A stretch of DNA of 64,000 nucleotides from Anaeramoeba ignava BMAN (Eukaryota; Protista; Anaeramoebae), in contig JAPDFW010000115.1 of the NCBI GenBank assembly GCA_028826165.1, positions 118,564 through 182,563 on the forward strand, in the 5' to 3' direction. The notes below the pieces were generated by a model. It worked only from the letters and a program-made list of their open reading frames with translations, ran no database searches and was not told the origin of the DNA. The position numbers and the translations under genes are program-made. Shown in pieces: positions 14,401 through 27,616 of this stretch (positions are counted from its first letter, which is position 1; each line of letters begins with the position of its first letter).

Positions 14401-16178
14401 TTAATAATTTTATATAAATAAATAGAATAAAAATAAATAAATACATTTTGAATTAATTTATAAATAATATTTATTAATTGATATTAAATTAAATATTAAA
14501 TTAATATTTATTTAAATTATTAAATAAAATTAAATAAAAAGTGGAATAAATAAATAAAATATTTTAATAATTTTATATAAATAAATAGAATAAATAAATA
14601 TATAAATACATTTTTGAATTAAATTATAAATAATATTTATTAATTAATATTAAATTAAATATTAATTTAATATTTATATAAATTATTAAATAAAAATTAA
14701 ATAAAAAGTGGAATAAATAAATAAAATATTTTTGATAATTTTATATAAATAAATAGAATAAATAAATAAATAAATACATTTTGAATTAAATTATAAATAA
14801 TATTTATTAATTAATATTAAATTAAATATTAAATTAATATTTATTTAAATTATTAAATAAAATTAAATAAAAAAAGTGGAATAAATAAATAAAATATTTT
14901 TTAATAATTTTATATATAAATAAATAGAATAAATAAATATATAAATACATTTTGAATTAAATTATAAATAATATTTATTAATTAATATTAAATTAAATAT
15001 TAATTTAATATTTATATAAATTATTAAATAAAATTAAATAAAAAAAAGTGGAATAAATAAATAAAAATATTTTTGATAATTTTATATAAATAAATAGAAT
15101 AAAAATAAACAAATAGATTTTGAATTAATTTATAAATAATATTTATTAATTAATATTAAATTAAATATTAAATTAATATTTATTTAAATTATTAAATAAA
15201 ATTAAATAAAAAGTGGAATAAATAAATAAAATATTTTTAATAATTTTATATAAATAAATAGAATAAATAAATATATAAATACATTTTTGAATTAAATTAT
15301 AAATAATATTTATTAATTAATATTAAATTAAATATTAAATTAATATTTATTTAAATTATTAAATAAAATTAAATAAAAAGTGGAATAAATAAATAAAATA
15401 TTTTTAATAATTTTATATAAATAAATAGAATAAATAAATATATAATATATTTTGAATTAAATTATAAATAATATTTATTAATTAATATTAAATTAAATAT
15501 TAATTTAATATTAATATAAATTATTAAATAAAATTAAATAAAAAGTGGAATAAATAAATAAAATACTTTTTGATAATTTTATATAAATAAATAGAATAAA
15601 TAAATAAATAAATATATTTTGAATTAAATTATAAATAATATTTATTAATTAATATTAAATTAAATATTAAATTAATATTATTTAAATTATTAAATAAAAT
15701 TAAATAAAAAAAAGTGGAATAAATAAATAAAATATTTTTAATAATTTTATATAAATAAATAGAATAAATAAATAAATAAATACATTTTGAATTAATTTAT
15801 AAATAATATTTATTAATTGATATTAAATTAAATATTAAATTAATATTTATTTAAATTATTAAATAAAATTAAATAAAAAAAAGTGGAATAAATAAATAAA
15901 ATATTTTTAATAATTTTATATAAATAAATAAAATAAATAAATATATAAATATATTTTGAATTAATTTATAAATAATATTTATTAATTAATATTAAATTAA
16001 ATATTAAATTAATATTTATTTAAATTATTAAATAAAATTAAATAAAAAAAAGTGGAATAAATAAATAAAATATTTTTGATAATTTTATATAAATAAATAA
16101 AATAAATAAATATATAAATACATTTTGAATTAAATTATAAATAATATTTATTAATTGATATTAAATTAAATATTAATT
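11421..16178. repeat. Tandem satellite, ~168-bp unit, ~28 copies
   Basis: The marker AAAAGTGGAATAAATAAATAAAATA recurs 28 times between ~11525 and ~16052 (mean spacing ~168 bp). Units differ by homopolymer length and a few substitutions. Confidence 0.96.
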
Positions 16179-16314
16179 TCCAATCCAAAAAATTTTTTTT
16201 TTTTCAAATAAATTTTTTTTCATTTTTTTTTTTACTTTTTCTTAATTTCAATTTTTTTTCTTTGCTTTTTTCGTTTATTTCTTCTTCTTCAATTTTATTA
16301 TTTTTTTTATTTGA

Positions 16315-18308
16315 ATGGAATTTAATTCATTTAAAAAAAATTCAAACGAAAATTTACAACTTCTTGAAGAAGAATCTGAAACAATAACAGAAACTGAAGA
16401 AATAGAAGAATCAATTCAAGCACTTCAATATGAAATTTTTAGAAATAAAGGGGTTGTTGTTTTAACAGAAATGGATTTTGTTCAATTAAATCGAGGAGAA
16501 TTTGAACCTCCACCAAATAAACCAAAACAACCATTTCAAAAAGAAAATTTAATTTTAGAAATATTACCTCCTGAGTGTAAAATTCATTTTAAAATTCATT
16601 TCGAAATTAAAATTAAAATTAAAATTAAAATTAAAATTAATATTAAAATTAAAATCAAAATTAAAATTAAAAATAAAATTCATTTATAAAATTAATATTA
16701 AAATTCATTTCGAAATTAAAATTAAAATTAAAATTTATTTCGAAATTAAAATTAAAATTAAAATTCATTTATAAAATTATTAAAATTATAATTTAAAAAA
16801 AAAAAGTAATTTTAACAATCGCAGAATTTCTTCCTCCTGGAGCAATAGTTCGACTTTCATTAACATGCAAAACTCTTCAACAACTTTGTCAGGATCAATA
16901 TTTATGGAGACAAGTATCAATTTTATATGAAAGATATTATGTTTGGGACAAATTAGAAGTGACAGGAAATAATTTATCAATTCCAAATAATATAAAAGTT
17001 GTTGGTTTTCAAGCAGATATCCCAAAAAAAATACAGAAAATCAAACAAAAACTGGAACAAGAAAAAAAAGAAAAAAAAGAAAAAAAAGAAAAACAAAATA
17101 TAAATACAGATCTTTCATTAACAAATCAAAACTTGATCGAAGAACTTGGAGAAAAAGATTTGAAAAAACCCAAAAAAATTGGAAAAATTGGAAAAAAAAT
17201 TGAAAAAAAAATTGGAAAAAAAATCGAAAAAAAAATTGTCAAAAAAAAATTCAAAAAAACAAAAGATTCGGTTTCTAGAAGAATCAAAAGCAAAATTATT
17301 GAGGACGAAAATTCCAATTACGCATTTGATTCTACAACAAAAAGAGGGGTTTATGGAAGTGTTTCACCAACATATATTTCAGTGCGTTCTCAACGGATTG
17401 AGTATATCAAACTTCTGAAGAATCCAAAAAAACATTTGATTTCAAAAAGTCAAAAATTATCGGAATTATTAGAATTGAAAGAGAAAAGAATACAGGAAAC
17501 AATGATTCAAAGAAGCCAAAATATCCAGCAATGGCAGAATAAAAAGAAAATTGAGCGATCCATTTATTGTTCCTTTTCCATTCTTCATTTTGGATTGATC
17601 GCGTTTATTGCGTTATTAAATTTGCAATTGGAACATAAATTGGACACCAAAATAAGTTACACAATGATTCCTTTATTTGTGCCGTTAATTTTCATTGTGG
17701 TTTTTTTTCTGATCATGACACAATTTGAGGGGAATGAATCTTTAGTTCTTGATGGAGGGATCTCTTTTGTAACACTAATTTTTTTCACTGGAGTTTTACT
17801 AATTGGATTGAAATTGGATTCAATGATCCATATTTCTTGGTTCGTTGTGTTTTCGCCGTTCTTTGTCATTTTAACGTTCCCCTTTCTTATCACTTTTGCT
17901 ATTTTTCTGCGCTCTTTTGATATTGTTGTTGGACTTGCTTTGATGATGTTTCTTTTTTTGTTCTCCTTTTTGGTTCTTCTTGCCTTGCAATTGGATCACA
18001 TTATTTCGTGGAATTTTGCTTTCATTTTCGCTCCCATTTTTTTGTTTGATTTGGTTCCTTTACTCGGTTTTGTTCTCGCTCAGTTTTTTGTTTATTATCC
18101 TGAGTTGATTTATCTTTCAGGTGCTGCTTTTATTATTGTTATTCCAACTTCCATTTTTGAAGCTTTGGTTGTTGTTTTTCTTAGTTCTTCATCAATGAAA
18201 AAGATTACTTATGCTTTTTTTCCTCTTTATGTTTGGTTACTTCTTATTTTGATTGTTTCTTGTCCTGGTTTCTTTTATAATTTCTCTCGTTTGCTTTCTG
18301 CTTCTTAA
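16315..18308 (+). CDS. F-box + TMEM185/FAM11A-like multi-pass membrane protein
   Basis: Exons 16315-16576 and 16807-18308 (GT-AG, phase 1, frame checked). Splicing creates the F-box LEILPPELILTIAEFLPPGAIVRLSLTCKTLQQLCQDQYLWR. The C-terminal half has repeated 'L.LKLD..I..SW..VF.P' helical-hairpin units typical of Tmemb_185A. Confidence 0.8.
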
Positions 18309-18394
18309 ATTTTTTTTTTGGATATATGAAATTTCAAACAGAAAAAAAAAATTTTTTTTTTTTTGGAATTATTTTAATAAATCTTTTCCAATTT

Positions 18395-18932
18395 ATTTAA
18401 TTAATTTATCTATTTAGAAAAAAGGAGATTAAAGAAGAAAAATTGATTTATTTTATCTATTTAATCTTAATTTATTTAGAAAAAAGAAGATTAAAGAAGA
18501 AAAATTGATTTATTTAATCTATTTAATCTTTATTTAATCTATTTAATCTATTTAGAAAAAAGAAGATTAAAGAAGAAAAATTGATTTATTTTATTTATTT
18601 TATCTATTTAATTTATTTATTTAATTTATTTAGAAAAAAGAAGATTAAAGAAGAAAAATTGATTTATTTTATCTATTTAATCTTTATTTATCTATTTAGA
18701 AAAAAGAAGATTAAAGAAGAAAAATTGATTTATTTAATCTATTTAATCTTTATTTATCTATTTAGAAAAAAGGAGATTAAAGAAGAAAAATTGATTTATT
18801 TTATCTATTTAATCTTTATTTATCTATTTAGAAAAAAGAAGATTAAAGAAGAAAAATTGATTTATTTTATCTATTTAATCTTTATTTATCTATTTAGAAA
18901 AAAGGAGATTAAAGAAGAAAAATTGATTTATT
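18395..18932. repeat. Intergenic minisatellite, ~66-bp unit, ~8 copies
   Basis: TTAAAGAAGAAAAATTGATTT recurs at ~18429, 18491, 18567, 18645, 18711, 18777, 18843 and 18909. Confidence 0.93.
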
Positions 18933-19128
18933 TCAAATTTTCTTGTTTTTATTTTTTTTTTTAATTATCCAAAAAAATTTTTTTTTCTTAATTCAAATTA
19001 AAAAAAATTAAATCATTTTTTTCTTTTTTTTTTCTTTTTTATTTTCCTTTTTTTTGCTTTCAAATTTTATTATTAAAGAAAAAGAAAAAAAAACAACAAA
19101 AAAATTTTAAAAAAAATAAATTAATAAA

Positions 19129-22100
19129 ATGGGAAATTGTGCAACAAAAAATGATGGTGCATCTTCTAGAACACAAAAAATCGATGAAGAATTGAAACAA
19201 AGTCGAGTTGCTTTAGATAATGAAATTAAAATTCTTCTTCTTGGTAAAAAAAACAATTAAAAAAAATCATTTTTTATTTAAGAAATAATTTAACAAAATT
19301 TCCAAAAATAAAAATCAATTTTCCACATTTTTTAATTTAAATATTAATTTAAATATTAATTTAAATATTAATTTATATATTAATTTAAATATTAATTTAA
19401 ATATTAATTTAAATATTAATTTTAAAATTGATATAAAATTGATTTAAATATTAATTTAAATATTAATTTAAATATTAATTTAAATATTAATTTAAATATT
19501 AATTTAAATATTAATTTATATATTAATTTAAATATTAATTTATATATTAATTTAAATATTAATTTAAATATTAATTTAAAAATATTGATTTAAATATTAA
19601 TTTATATATTAATTTAAAAATTAATTTAAATATTAATTTAAATATTAATTTATATATTAATTTAAATATTAATTTAAATATTAATTTAAATATTGATTTA
19701 AATATTAATTTATATATTAATTTAAATATTAATTTATATATTTATTTAAATATTAATTTAAATATTAATTTAAATACTTAATTTAAAAATTAATTTATAT
19801 ATTAATTTAAATATTAATTTAAATATTAATTTATATATTAATTTGAATATTTATTTATATATTTATTTAAATATTAATTTAAATATTTATTTAAATATTG
19901 ATTTAAATATTTGATTTAAATATTTGATTTAAATAGTAATTTAAATATTAATTTTAAAATTGATTTAAAATTGATTTAAAATTGATTTAAATACTTGATT
20001 TAAATATTTATTTAAATATTAATTTAAATACTTGATTTGAATATTAATTTAAATATAAAAGGTGCTGGTGATAGTGGAAAATCAACTTTATTAAAACAAA
20101 TGAAAATTATTCATGGAAAAGGATTTAATGAAGAAGAAAGAAGAGAATTTACTGAAAGAGTTCAGGAAAATATTATTCAGAATATGAAATCACTTGTTGT
20201 TGCAGCAGAACATTTTAAATTAGATGTTTTAGAAGAAAATGAAGTATTTTTTTTATTCTTTTTTTAAATTGGAATGAAAGAAAAAAAAAGGAAAAGAAAA
20301 TTTTTATTATAAAATTTTTTAAATTCCTTTTTTGTTTTAAAACAAAAAGGAAAAAGCTGAATATTTTCGAGCTCTTTCTCCAAGAGAAAATACATTTTCT
20401 GAAGAAGTTATTGATAATGTTATTGCTCTTTGGAAAGATCCTGCAATTCAACAAACTTTGACACGTTCTTCAGAATTTCAATTGAATAATACTGCTGCAT
20501 AGTATTATCATTCATTTAATAATTGATATAAAATTGATTTGAAATTGAATTTAAAATTGATTTAAAATTGATTTAAAATTGATTTAAAATTGATATAAAA
20601 TTGATTTAAAATTAATTTAAAATTAATTTAAAATTGATTTAAAATTAATATAAAATTGATATAAAATTGATTTAAAATTGATTTAAAATTGATTTAAAAT
20701 TGATTTAAAATTGATATAAAATTGATTTAAAATTGATTTAAAATTGATATAAAATTGATATAAAATTGATATAAAATTGATTTAAAATTGATTTAAAATT
20801 GATATAAAATTGATTTAAAATTGATATAAAATTGATTTAAAATTGATTTAAAATTGATTTAAAATTGATTTAAAATTGATTTAAAATTGATTTAAAATTA
20901 ATATAAAATTGATTTAAAATTGATTTAAAATTGATTTAAAATTGATTTAAAATTAATATAAAATTGATTTAAAATTGATATAAAATTAATATAAAATTGA
21001 TTTAAAATTGATATAAAATTGATTTAAAATTAATTTAAAATTGATTTAAAATTGATTTAAAATTAATTTAAAATTAATATAAAATTGATTTAAAATTGAT
21101 TTAAAATCATTTGATTTAAATTGTTTAAAATTGAATTAAAAGAAATTCGAAAATTAATTATATTCCTTCTATTGATGATGTTTTAAAATTGATTTAAAAC
21201 AACTGGTATTTCAACATCCCCCGTTTTTCAAAATTGATTTAAAATTAATTTTAAAATGATTTGAAATGTTAGAAAGAAAAAATTGATTTATTCATTTATT
21301 CATTTATTCATTTTAACAAATTTTCCTTTTTATTTAAAATTTATTTAAAATTTATTTATTTATTTAAAATTAATTTTAAAATTATTTAAAATCGATTTGA
21401 TTTAAAATTGATTTAAAATTGATATAAAATTGATATAAAATTGATTTAAAATTGATTTAAAATTGATATAAAATTGATATAAAATTGATATAAAATTAAT
21501 TTAAAATTAATATAAAATTGATATAAAATTGATTTAAAATTGATTTAAAATTAATTTAAAATTGATATAAAATTGATTTAAAATTGATTTAAAATTAATA
21601 TAAAATTGATATAAAATTGATTTATAATTGATTTAAAATTGATATAAAATTGATTTATAATTGATTTAAAATTGATTTAAAATTGATATAAAATATTTGA
21701 TTTAAAATTGATTTAAAATATTTGATTTAAATTAATTAGTTTTTTTAATCGAATTGAAGAAATTCGAAAAGAAGATTATATTCCTTCTATTGATGATGTT
21801 TTGAGAGTAAGAGTTAAAACAACTGGTATTTCAACACAAAATTGATTTAAAATGCTTTATGTTGGTGGTCAAAGAAATGAAAGAAAGAAATGGTTTATTC
21901 ATTTATTCATTTATTCATTTTAACAAATTTTCCTTTTATTCATTTATTTATCTATTTATCTATTTATCTATTTATTTATTTTATTATTGCAAAATTATTC
22001 AAATCAAAATTTAGGATTCATTGCTTTCAGGTAAAATAATTGATTTAAAATTGATTTAAAATTGATTTAAAATTGATTTAAAATTGATATAAAATTGATA

Positions 22101-22788
22101 TAAAATTGATATGAAATTGATTTAAAACTAATTTAAAATTGAATTTAATTTTATCAAAATAGAATGTAACTTCAGTAATTTTTTGTGTTGGAGCAAGTGA
22201 ATATGATCAAGGATTATATGAAGATCAATCGGAAAATCGAATGACAGAAGCATTAGTATTATTTACAGAAATATGCAATTCACATTGGTTTCAACACACA
22301 GAAATGATCTTATTTTTTAATAAAGATGACTTATTTAGAGAAAAAATCAATAAAGTCAGTTTGAAAACTTGTTTTCCTGATTATGAAGGTGGTTTAGATT
22401 ACGAAGAAGCAAAAGATTTCTTAACAAAAAAATTTAGAGACGTAAATGAAAATCAAACTAAACAAATTTATGTTCATTTTACAACTGCAACAAATACTGA
22501 AAACATACAATTTGTTTTTTCAGGTAATTTTTTAATTTTGATTTTAATTTTAATTTTAATTTTAATTTTAATTTTAATTTTAATTTTAATTTTAATTTTA
22601 ATTTTAATTTTAATTTTAATTTTAATTTTAATTTTAATTTTAATTTTAATTTTGAATTTTAATTTTAATTTTAATTTTAATTTTGAATTTAAAAATTTTT
22701 TATCCGATTTTTATTTATTTTTTATTTTTAATTTTTTATTATTTTAGATATTAAAGAAATTCTTCTTTCTTCAGTCAAACATTTATAA
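19129..22788 (+). CDS. Heterotrimeric G-protein alpha subunit (exon 4 damaged in this sequence)
   Basis: Exons 19129-19243, 20062-20243, 20350-20501, 21740-21892, 22015-22030, 22163-22523, 22748-22788. MGNC acylation site, KILLLGAGDSGKST, RVKTTGI, VGGQRNERKKWIHCF, FNKDD, TTATNT. In-frame TGA at 21843-21845 and YVGGQ in place of DVGGQ. Confidence 0.95.
19335..20055. repeat. Intronic 12-mer repeat (ATTAATTTAAAT)n
   Basis: Directly visible in G-alpha intron 1. Confidence 0.95.
20520..21730. repeat. Intronic 11-mer repeat (AAAATTGATTT/AAAATTGATAT)n with an embedded ghost copy of exon 4
   Basis: Directly visible; the same unit recurs in the intron at 22031-22162. Confidence 0.95.
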
Positions 22789-23025
22789 TTTGAATTGTTT
22801 CGAAAATTTTAATAATTTTTCTTTTTCTTTTTTCAATCAAAAAATTTTTTTTTTAAATTGCTTTTTTTTTTGTTTATTTTGAATGAAACAAAAATAAAAA
22901 TTTTTTTCAAATTTTTTTCATTTTCATTTTTTCATTTTTTTCATTTTTCAATTTTTCTTTTAAAAAAAAAAAATTTTTTCTCTTTTTTTAAAAAACAATT
23001 TAAAAGAAATTAAAACAAAAAAAAA

Positions 23026-26000
23026 ATGCAAAAAAATAAAAATTGCACATTAATTTATCATTATGAATCAAGTACAACACCATCTTTTACAACAATTCAA
23101 CAACAACTTCAATCAAATGATATAGATTTAAAAATAATTGGGATGAAAGTAAAAGAAAAAAAAACAAAAAAAAATAAAAAAAACTTTTTATAAAAGAAAA
23201 ATTGATTGAGTAAAAAAAAAAAATAAATAAAAATAAAACTTTTTGAATGAATTAAAACAATGAAGGAATTATTAAAATTAACGCTGAATGGAGAAACAAT
23301 TCCAAAAACGATTCCGATGATTGTTATTCAATATATTTCGCCGACAAAAGATCATGAATTAAAAAAATTATTTTTGTTATTTCTTGAAGTTGTTGAAAAA
23401 AAAGGACCAGATAATAAGTTGAAGAACGAGATGATATTAGTTTTGTAAGAAAAAACTAAGGAAAAAAACGAAAGGAAAAAAAACGACTAAAAAGTTTAAT
23501 TGAAAACGATTGAAAATAAATAGCAATTATATAAGAAGTGATTTGAATCATCCGAATGAATTTATTCGAGGAAAAGTTTTGAATTTTCTTTGCAGGATTA
23601 AAGAACATGAAATGCTTGAACCTCTTGTTGAATCTGTTTTGGAAAATCTTACTCATCCAGTTCCTTATACTCGTAAAAATGCTGTTCTTGCTGTTTCTTC
23701 TATTTATAAAGTTGAAAATAATTTTATTCCTGATGCGCCTCTTCTTTTACTTAAATTTTTAAAGAATGTAAATTCAATTCAATTCAATTTAAAATTCAAT
23801 TTAAAATTAAATTTAAATTTAAAATTCATTTATGAAATTAAAATTAAAATTAAATTTAAAATTCATTTATGAAATTCAATTTAAAAATTAAATTTAAAAT
23901 TAAAATTAAAATTAAAATTAAAATTAAATTTAAATTTGAAATTAAAATCAAAATTCAATTCAATTCAATTCAAATTTAAAATTAAAATTAAAATTAAAAT
24001 TAAATTTAAAATTAAAATTAAAATCAAAATTAAAATTAAAATTAAAATTAAATTTAAAATTAAAATTCAAATTCAATTTATGAAATTAAATTTAAAATTC
24101 AATTTAAAATTCAATTCAATTCAATTCAAATTTAAAATTAAAATTCAAATTAAATTTAAAATTAAAATTAAAATTAAATTTAAAATTAAAATTTAAAATT
24201 AAAATTAAATTTAAAATTAAAATTAAAATAAAAATCAAAATTTAAAATTAAAATTAAAAAAATTAAAATTAAAATTCATTTAAAATTAAAAAATTAAAAT
24301 TCATTTATAAATTTAAAATTAAAATTCAAATTAAAATTAAAATTCAATTCAAAATCAAAAATTAAAATCAAAATTAAAATTAAAATTCAATTATGAAATT
24401 AAAATTAAAATTAAAATTAAAATTAAAATTTAAAATTAAAATTAAAATTAAAATTAAAATTCATTTATGAAATTAAAATTAAAATTAAAATTCAATTATG
24501 AAATTAAAATTAAAATTAAAATTCAAATTAAATTTAAAATTCATTTCAAAATAAAATTTAAAATTCATTTATAAAATTAAAATTATATTCAAAAAATAAG
24601 GAAACTGACCCATCTTGCCAAAGAAATGCATTCATTATGCTTTACGAAATCGCACCCGAAAAAGCTTTCCATTATTTATTCTCTGTTTTAGATAGAATCG
24701 AAACTTTTGATGAAAGTATCCAATTAATCGCAATCGAAATCATCAACAAAATATACCTGAAAAAACCATCAGCACGATCCAAATATTTAAAATGCATAAC
24801 AAGTTTATTACAAAGCTCATCAACATCAGTTAAATTCGAAAGCGCAAAAACACTTTCAATGCTTTCAAACTCATCAACAGCAATCAAAGCATCCGCACAA
24901 ACATTTTGCACAGTTCTTCGTTTAGAAACTGATAATAATGTGCGGCTCATTGTTTTAAAGCAACTGGAAAAATTGCGTTTAGCTTATCCTGCTTTAGTTT
25001 CAGATGTTTTACTTGATCTCTTCCAAGTTTTCTCAAATTCTTCACTTGATATTAAAAAACAAATCCTTAATATTTCAGAAGATCTTGTTAGCCTCAAAAA
25101 TGTGGACCAGGTTGTGCTTTTTTTAAAAAAGGAATTTGGCTCCATTTTCGATAAAAAGAATGACGATGGAAATCGTTTGGATTATGTGCGTTTATTGATC
25201 AATTTTGTCCATCAATTAACATTCAAATTCACTCAAATCGCACCTCAAATTATTGAGATGCTTATTGATTTAATTGCCAAAATTCCAAATGATGAGAAAA
25301 ACAATCCCATTGATGAGGCAAGTCTTATTATTCGAGACATCATTCAAGCGCAGGAAGATATTCGCGAAAAGGCTCTTCTTCGTCTTTTCGAGATTTTCCC
25401 GCAAATCCAATCATCATTCACAATAAGAACCATTATTTGGATTTTCGGGGAATTTTGTCAAACAGAACCATCAATTAAAAAAGCATTTTCTTTTATTGAA
25501 AATTCACTTAATGAATTAAAACAAGTTGCATTTAAAACACAAGAAGAAGAGAAAGAAAAAGAAACCGAAAAGGAAACCAACAACACAAACCAAGAAAACA
25601 TTAAGGAAAACACAATACAGACAAAGAAGCAAGACTCAAATATCATCACAAAGTCTTCAAACACAAAAATTTTAGATGATGGAAGTTATGCTGTTATTGT
25701 TGAGTCTTCAAACCAACCTTCAAAAACAACGCTTTCCGCTTTGAAAGCCCAAGATATTCCTCTTTCAAATTTGACAAAACTTATGATCCAAGACGATTCT
25801 CTTTTGGCAACCGTTATTGCGGTTTCTCTATCAAAACTTTCTTTGAGATACTCTTTATTACCTTCCCAAAAAAATCCAAATTCTTTTATTGTCGATTCAA
25901 TTCTACTTTTAATTTCGCTTCTCAAAATTTCGCAATCGGAAAAAGTCATCCCTGTTCTTGACAAGGATGCCGAAGAGAGAATCATCATGTGCATTAAAAT

Positions 26001-27366
26001 TCTTGGACAACCTGATGAATCCATCAAGAAAAACTTCCTGAAAGAATCACCAAATAAAATTTCTGATTCATTATCTTCTGAAAAATTAAATTCCCAAAAA
26101 AATCAACAACTTCACAATCTTTTCCAAGAAAAAAACCAGCCAAAAGAATCAAATCCTGATGATATTGTTCTTTTCCCTCAATTAACTAAATTCAAATCTC
26201 ATTCAAATTTAGTTGCTGATGATACTGAGGAAGATTTAAAGAAAATTATCGATTTTTCTGATGAAAATTCAAATTCTGAAGAAGTTGATTTTTTCTCTTC
26301 TTTAAATCAAAATCGTTCTCAAAAGATATTACAATTAACTGGGCTTTCAGATCCTATTTATGTTGAAGCAATTCTTGATTTGAATCAATATAATATTTCT
26401 TTAAGTAAATTATTTTAAAATCAAATTTATTAATTTTTAAAAAAAAAGCAAATTTATTAATTTTTCTTTTATTTTCTTTTATTTTAGTTTTTTATGTTAA
26501 AAATCAAACTAAAAATACACTTCAAAATTTAACACTTGAACTTTTAGCACTTGGAGGATTAAAACTTATTGAGAAACCTCCTGTAAATTTAATTAAATTT
26601 AAATTTAAAAAATTCAAAATTAAAATTTAAATTTAAAAATTTCAATTTAAAAAATTAAAAAATTCTATATTTAATTTTTTAGGTTTGTGTTCTTGGATCA
26701 TTTGCTGAAAAACAAATTCTTGTTAATCTTAAAGTTTCTTCTTCTGAAAAAGGAATCATTTTTGGAAATATAACTTATGATATAAGTGGAACTTCTACAA
26801 CTCAAAAAACAATGGTTATTCTTAATGAGATTAAAATATCACCTTTAGAATATTTAATTCCTTCATATATTTCTCTTTTTAATTTCAGAAGAATGTGGAG
26901 TGATTTTGAATGGGAAAATAAATTAGTTATTTCAACTCATTTTTCAGATATAGAAACTTATATTAATTCAGTTGCTCAGGTTTAAATTAAAATTAAAATA
27001 AAATTAAAATTAAAATTAAAATTAAAATTAAAATTAAAATTAAAATTTAAATTAAAAAATTTAAATTAAAATTAAAATTAAATTAAAATTAAAATTCAAA
27101 TAAAATTCGAAATTAAAATTATAATTAAAAAATAGAAAACAAATATGAAATGTTTAGCTCCAGTTTCAAAAGAAGATCAAGTTTCTGGTTTTGTTTCTAA
27201 AAATTTTTATGCAAAAACCATTTTTGGAGAAGATGTTGTTGCTAATGTTAGTTTGGAACAAAGTTTAGATAATAAAATTTCAGCTCTTATTAGAATTAGA
27301 ACAAGATCACAAGGTTTAGCTCTTGCTTTAGGTGATTTACTTAATAATCCAAATTTAGATAATTAA
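23026..27366 (+). CDS. COPB1: Coatomer subunit beta (beta-COP)
   Basis: Exons 23026-23148, 23266-23444, 23524-23767, 24601-26404, 26488-26582, 26683-26979, 27136-27366. Motifs EMILV, DLNHPNEFIRG, CQRNAF, QLTGLSDPIYVEA, NQTKNTLQNL, GIIFGNITYD, FRRMWSDFEWENK, YAKTIFGED, RIRTRSQGLALALGD. Confidence 0.97.
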
Positions 27367-27616
27367 TTAATTAAAACAAAAAGAAAAAAAAAATATTTTT
27401 TTTTGATTTGATTTGATCCACTTTTTTTTTGCTTTTTTTTTTTCTTTTTTTTCTTTTTCTTTTTCTTTTCGATTTAATTCAAAAAAAATTAAAATTAAAG
27501 TTAAAAATTCTTTTTGATTTTAATTTTGATTTTAATTTTAATTTTGATTTTAATTTTGATTTTGATTTTAATTTTGATTTTAATTTAAATTTTGATTTTA
27601 AATTTTGATTTTGATT

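Noticed and set aside
11421-16178. CRISPR-like array (regular GTGGAAT marker)
   Set aside because: The sequence between markers is the same in every unit; there are no unique spacers or cas genes, and the context is eukaryotic.
19335-20055. Hairpin/MITE interpretation of palindromic AT repeats
   Set aside because: Self-complementarity is expected from ATTAAT/TTTAAA units; no distinct terminal inverted repeats or target-site duplication.
21843-21845. Stop-codon reassignment or selenocysteine suggested by in-frame TGA/TAG (also 7843-7845 and 62590-62595)
   Set aside because: TGA is the normal terminator of other genes here (34954-34956, 35503-35505, 45447-45449), long ORFs are stop-free, and each case has a simpler explanation (repeat-contaminated consensus, homopolymer error or short intron).
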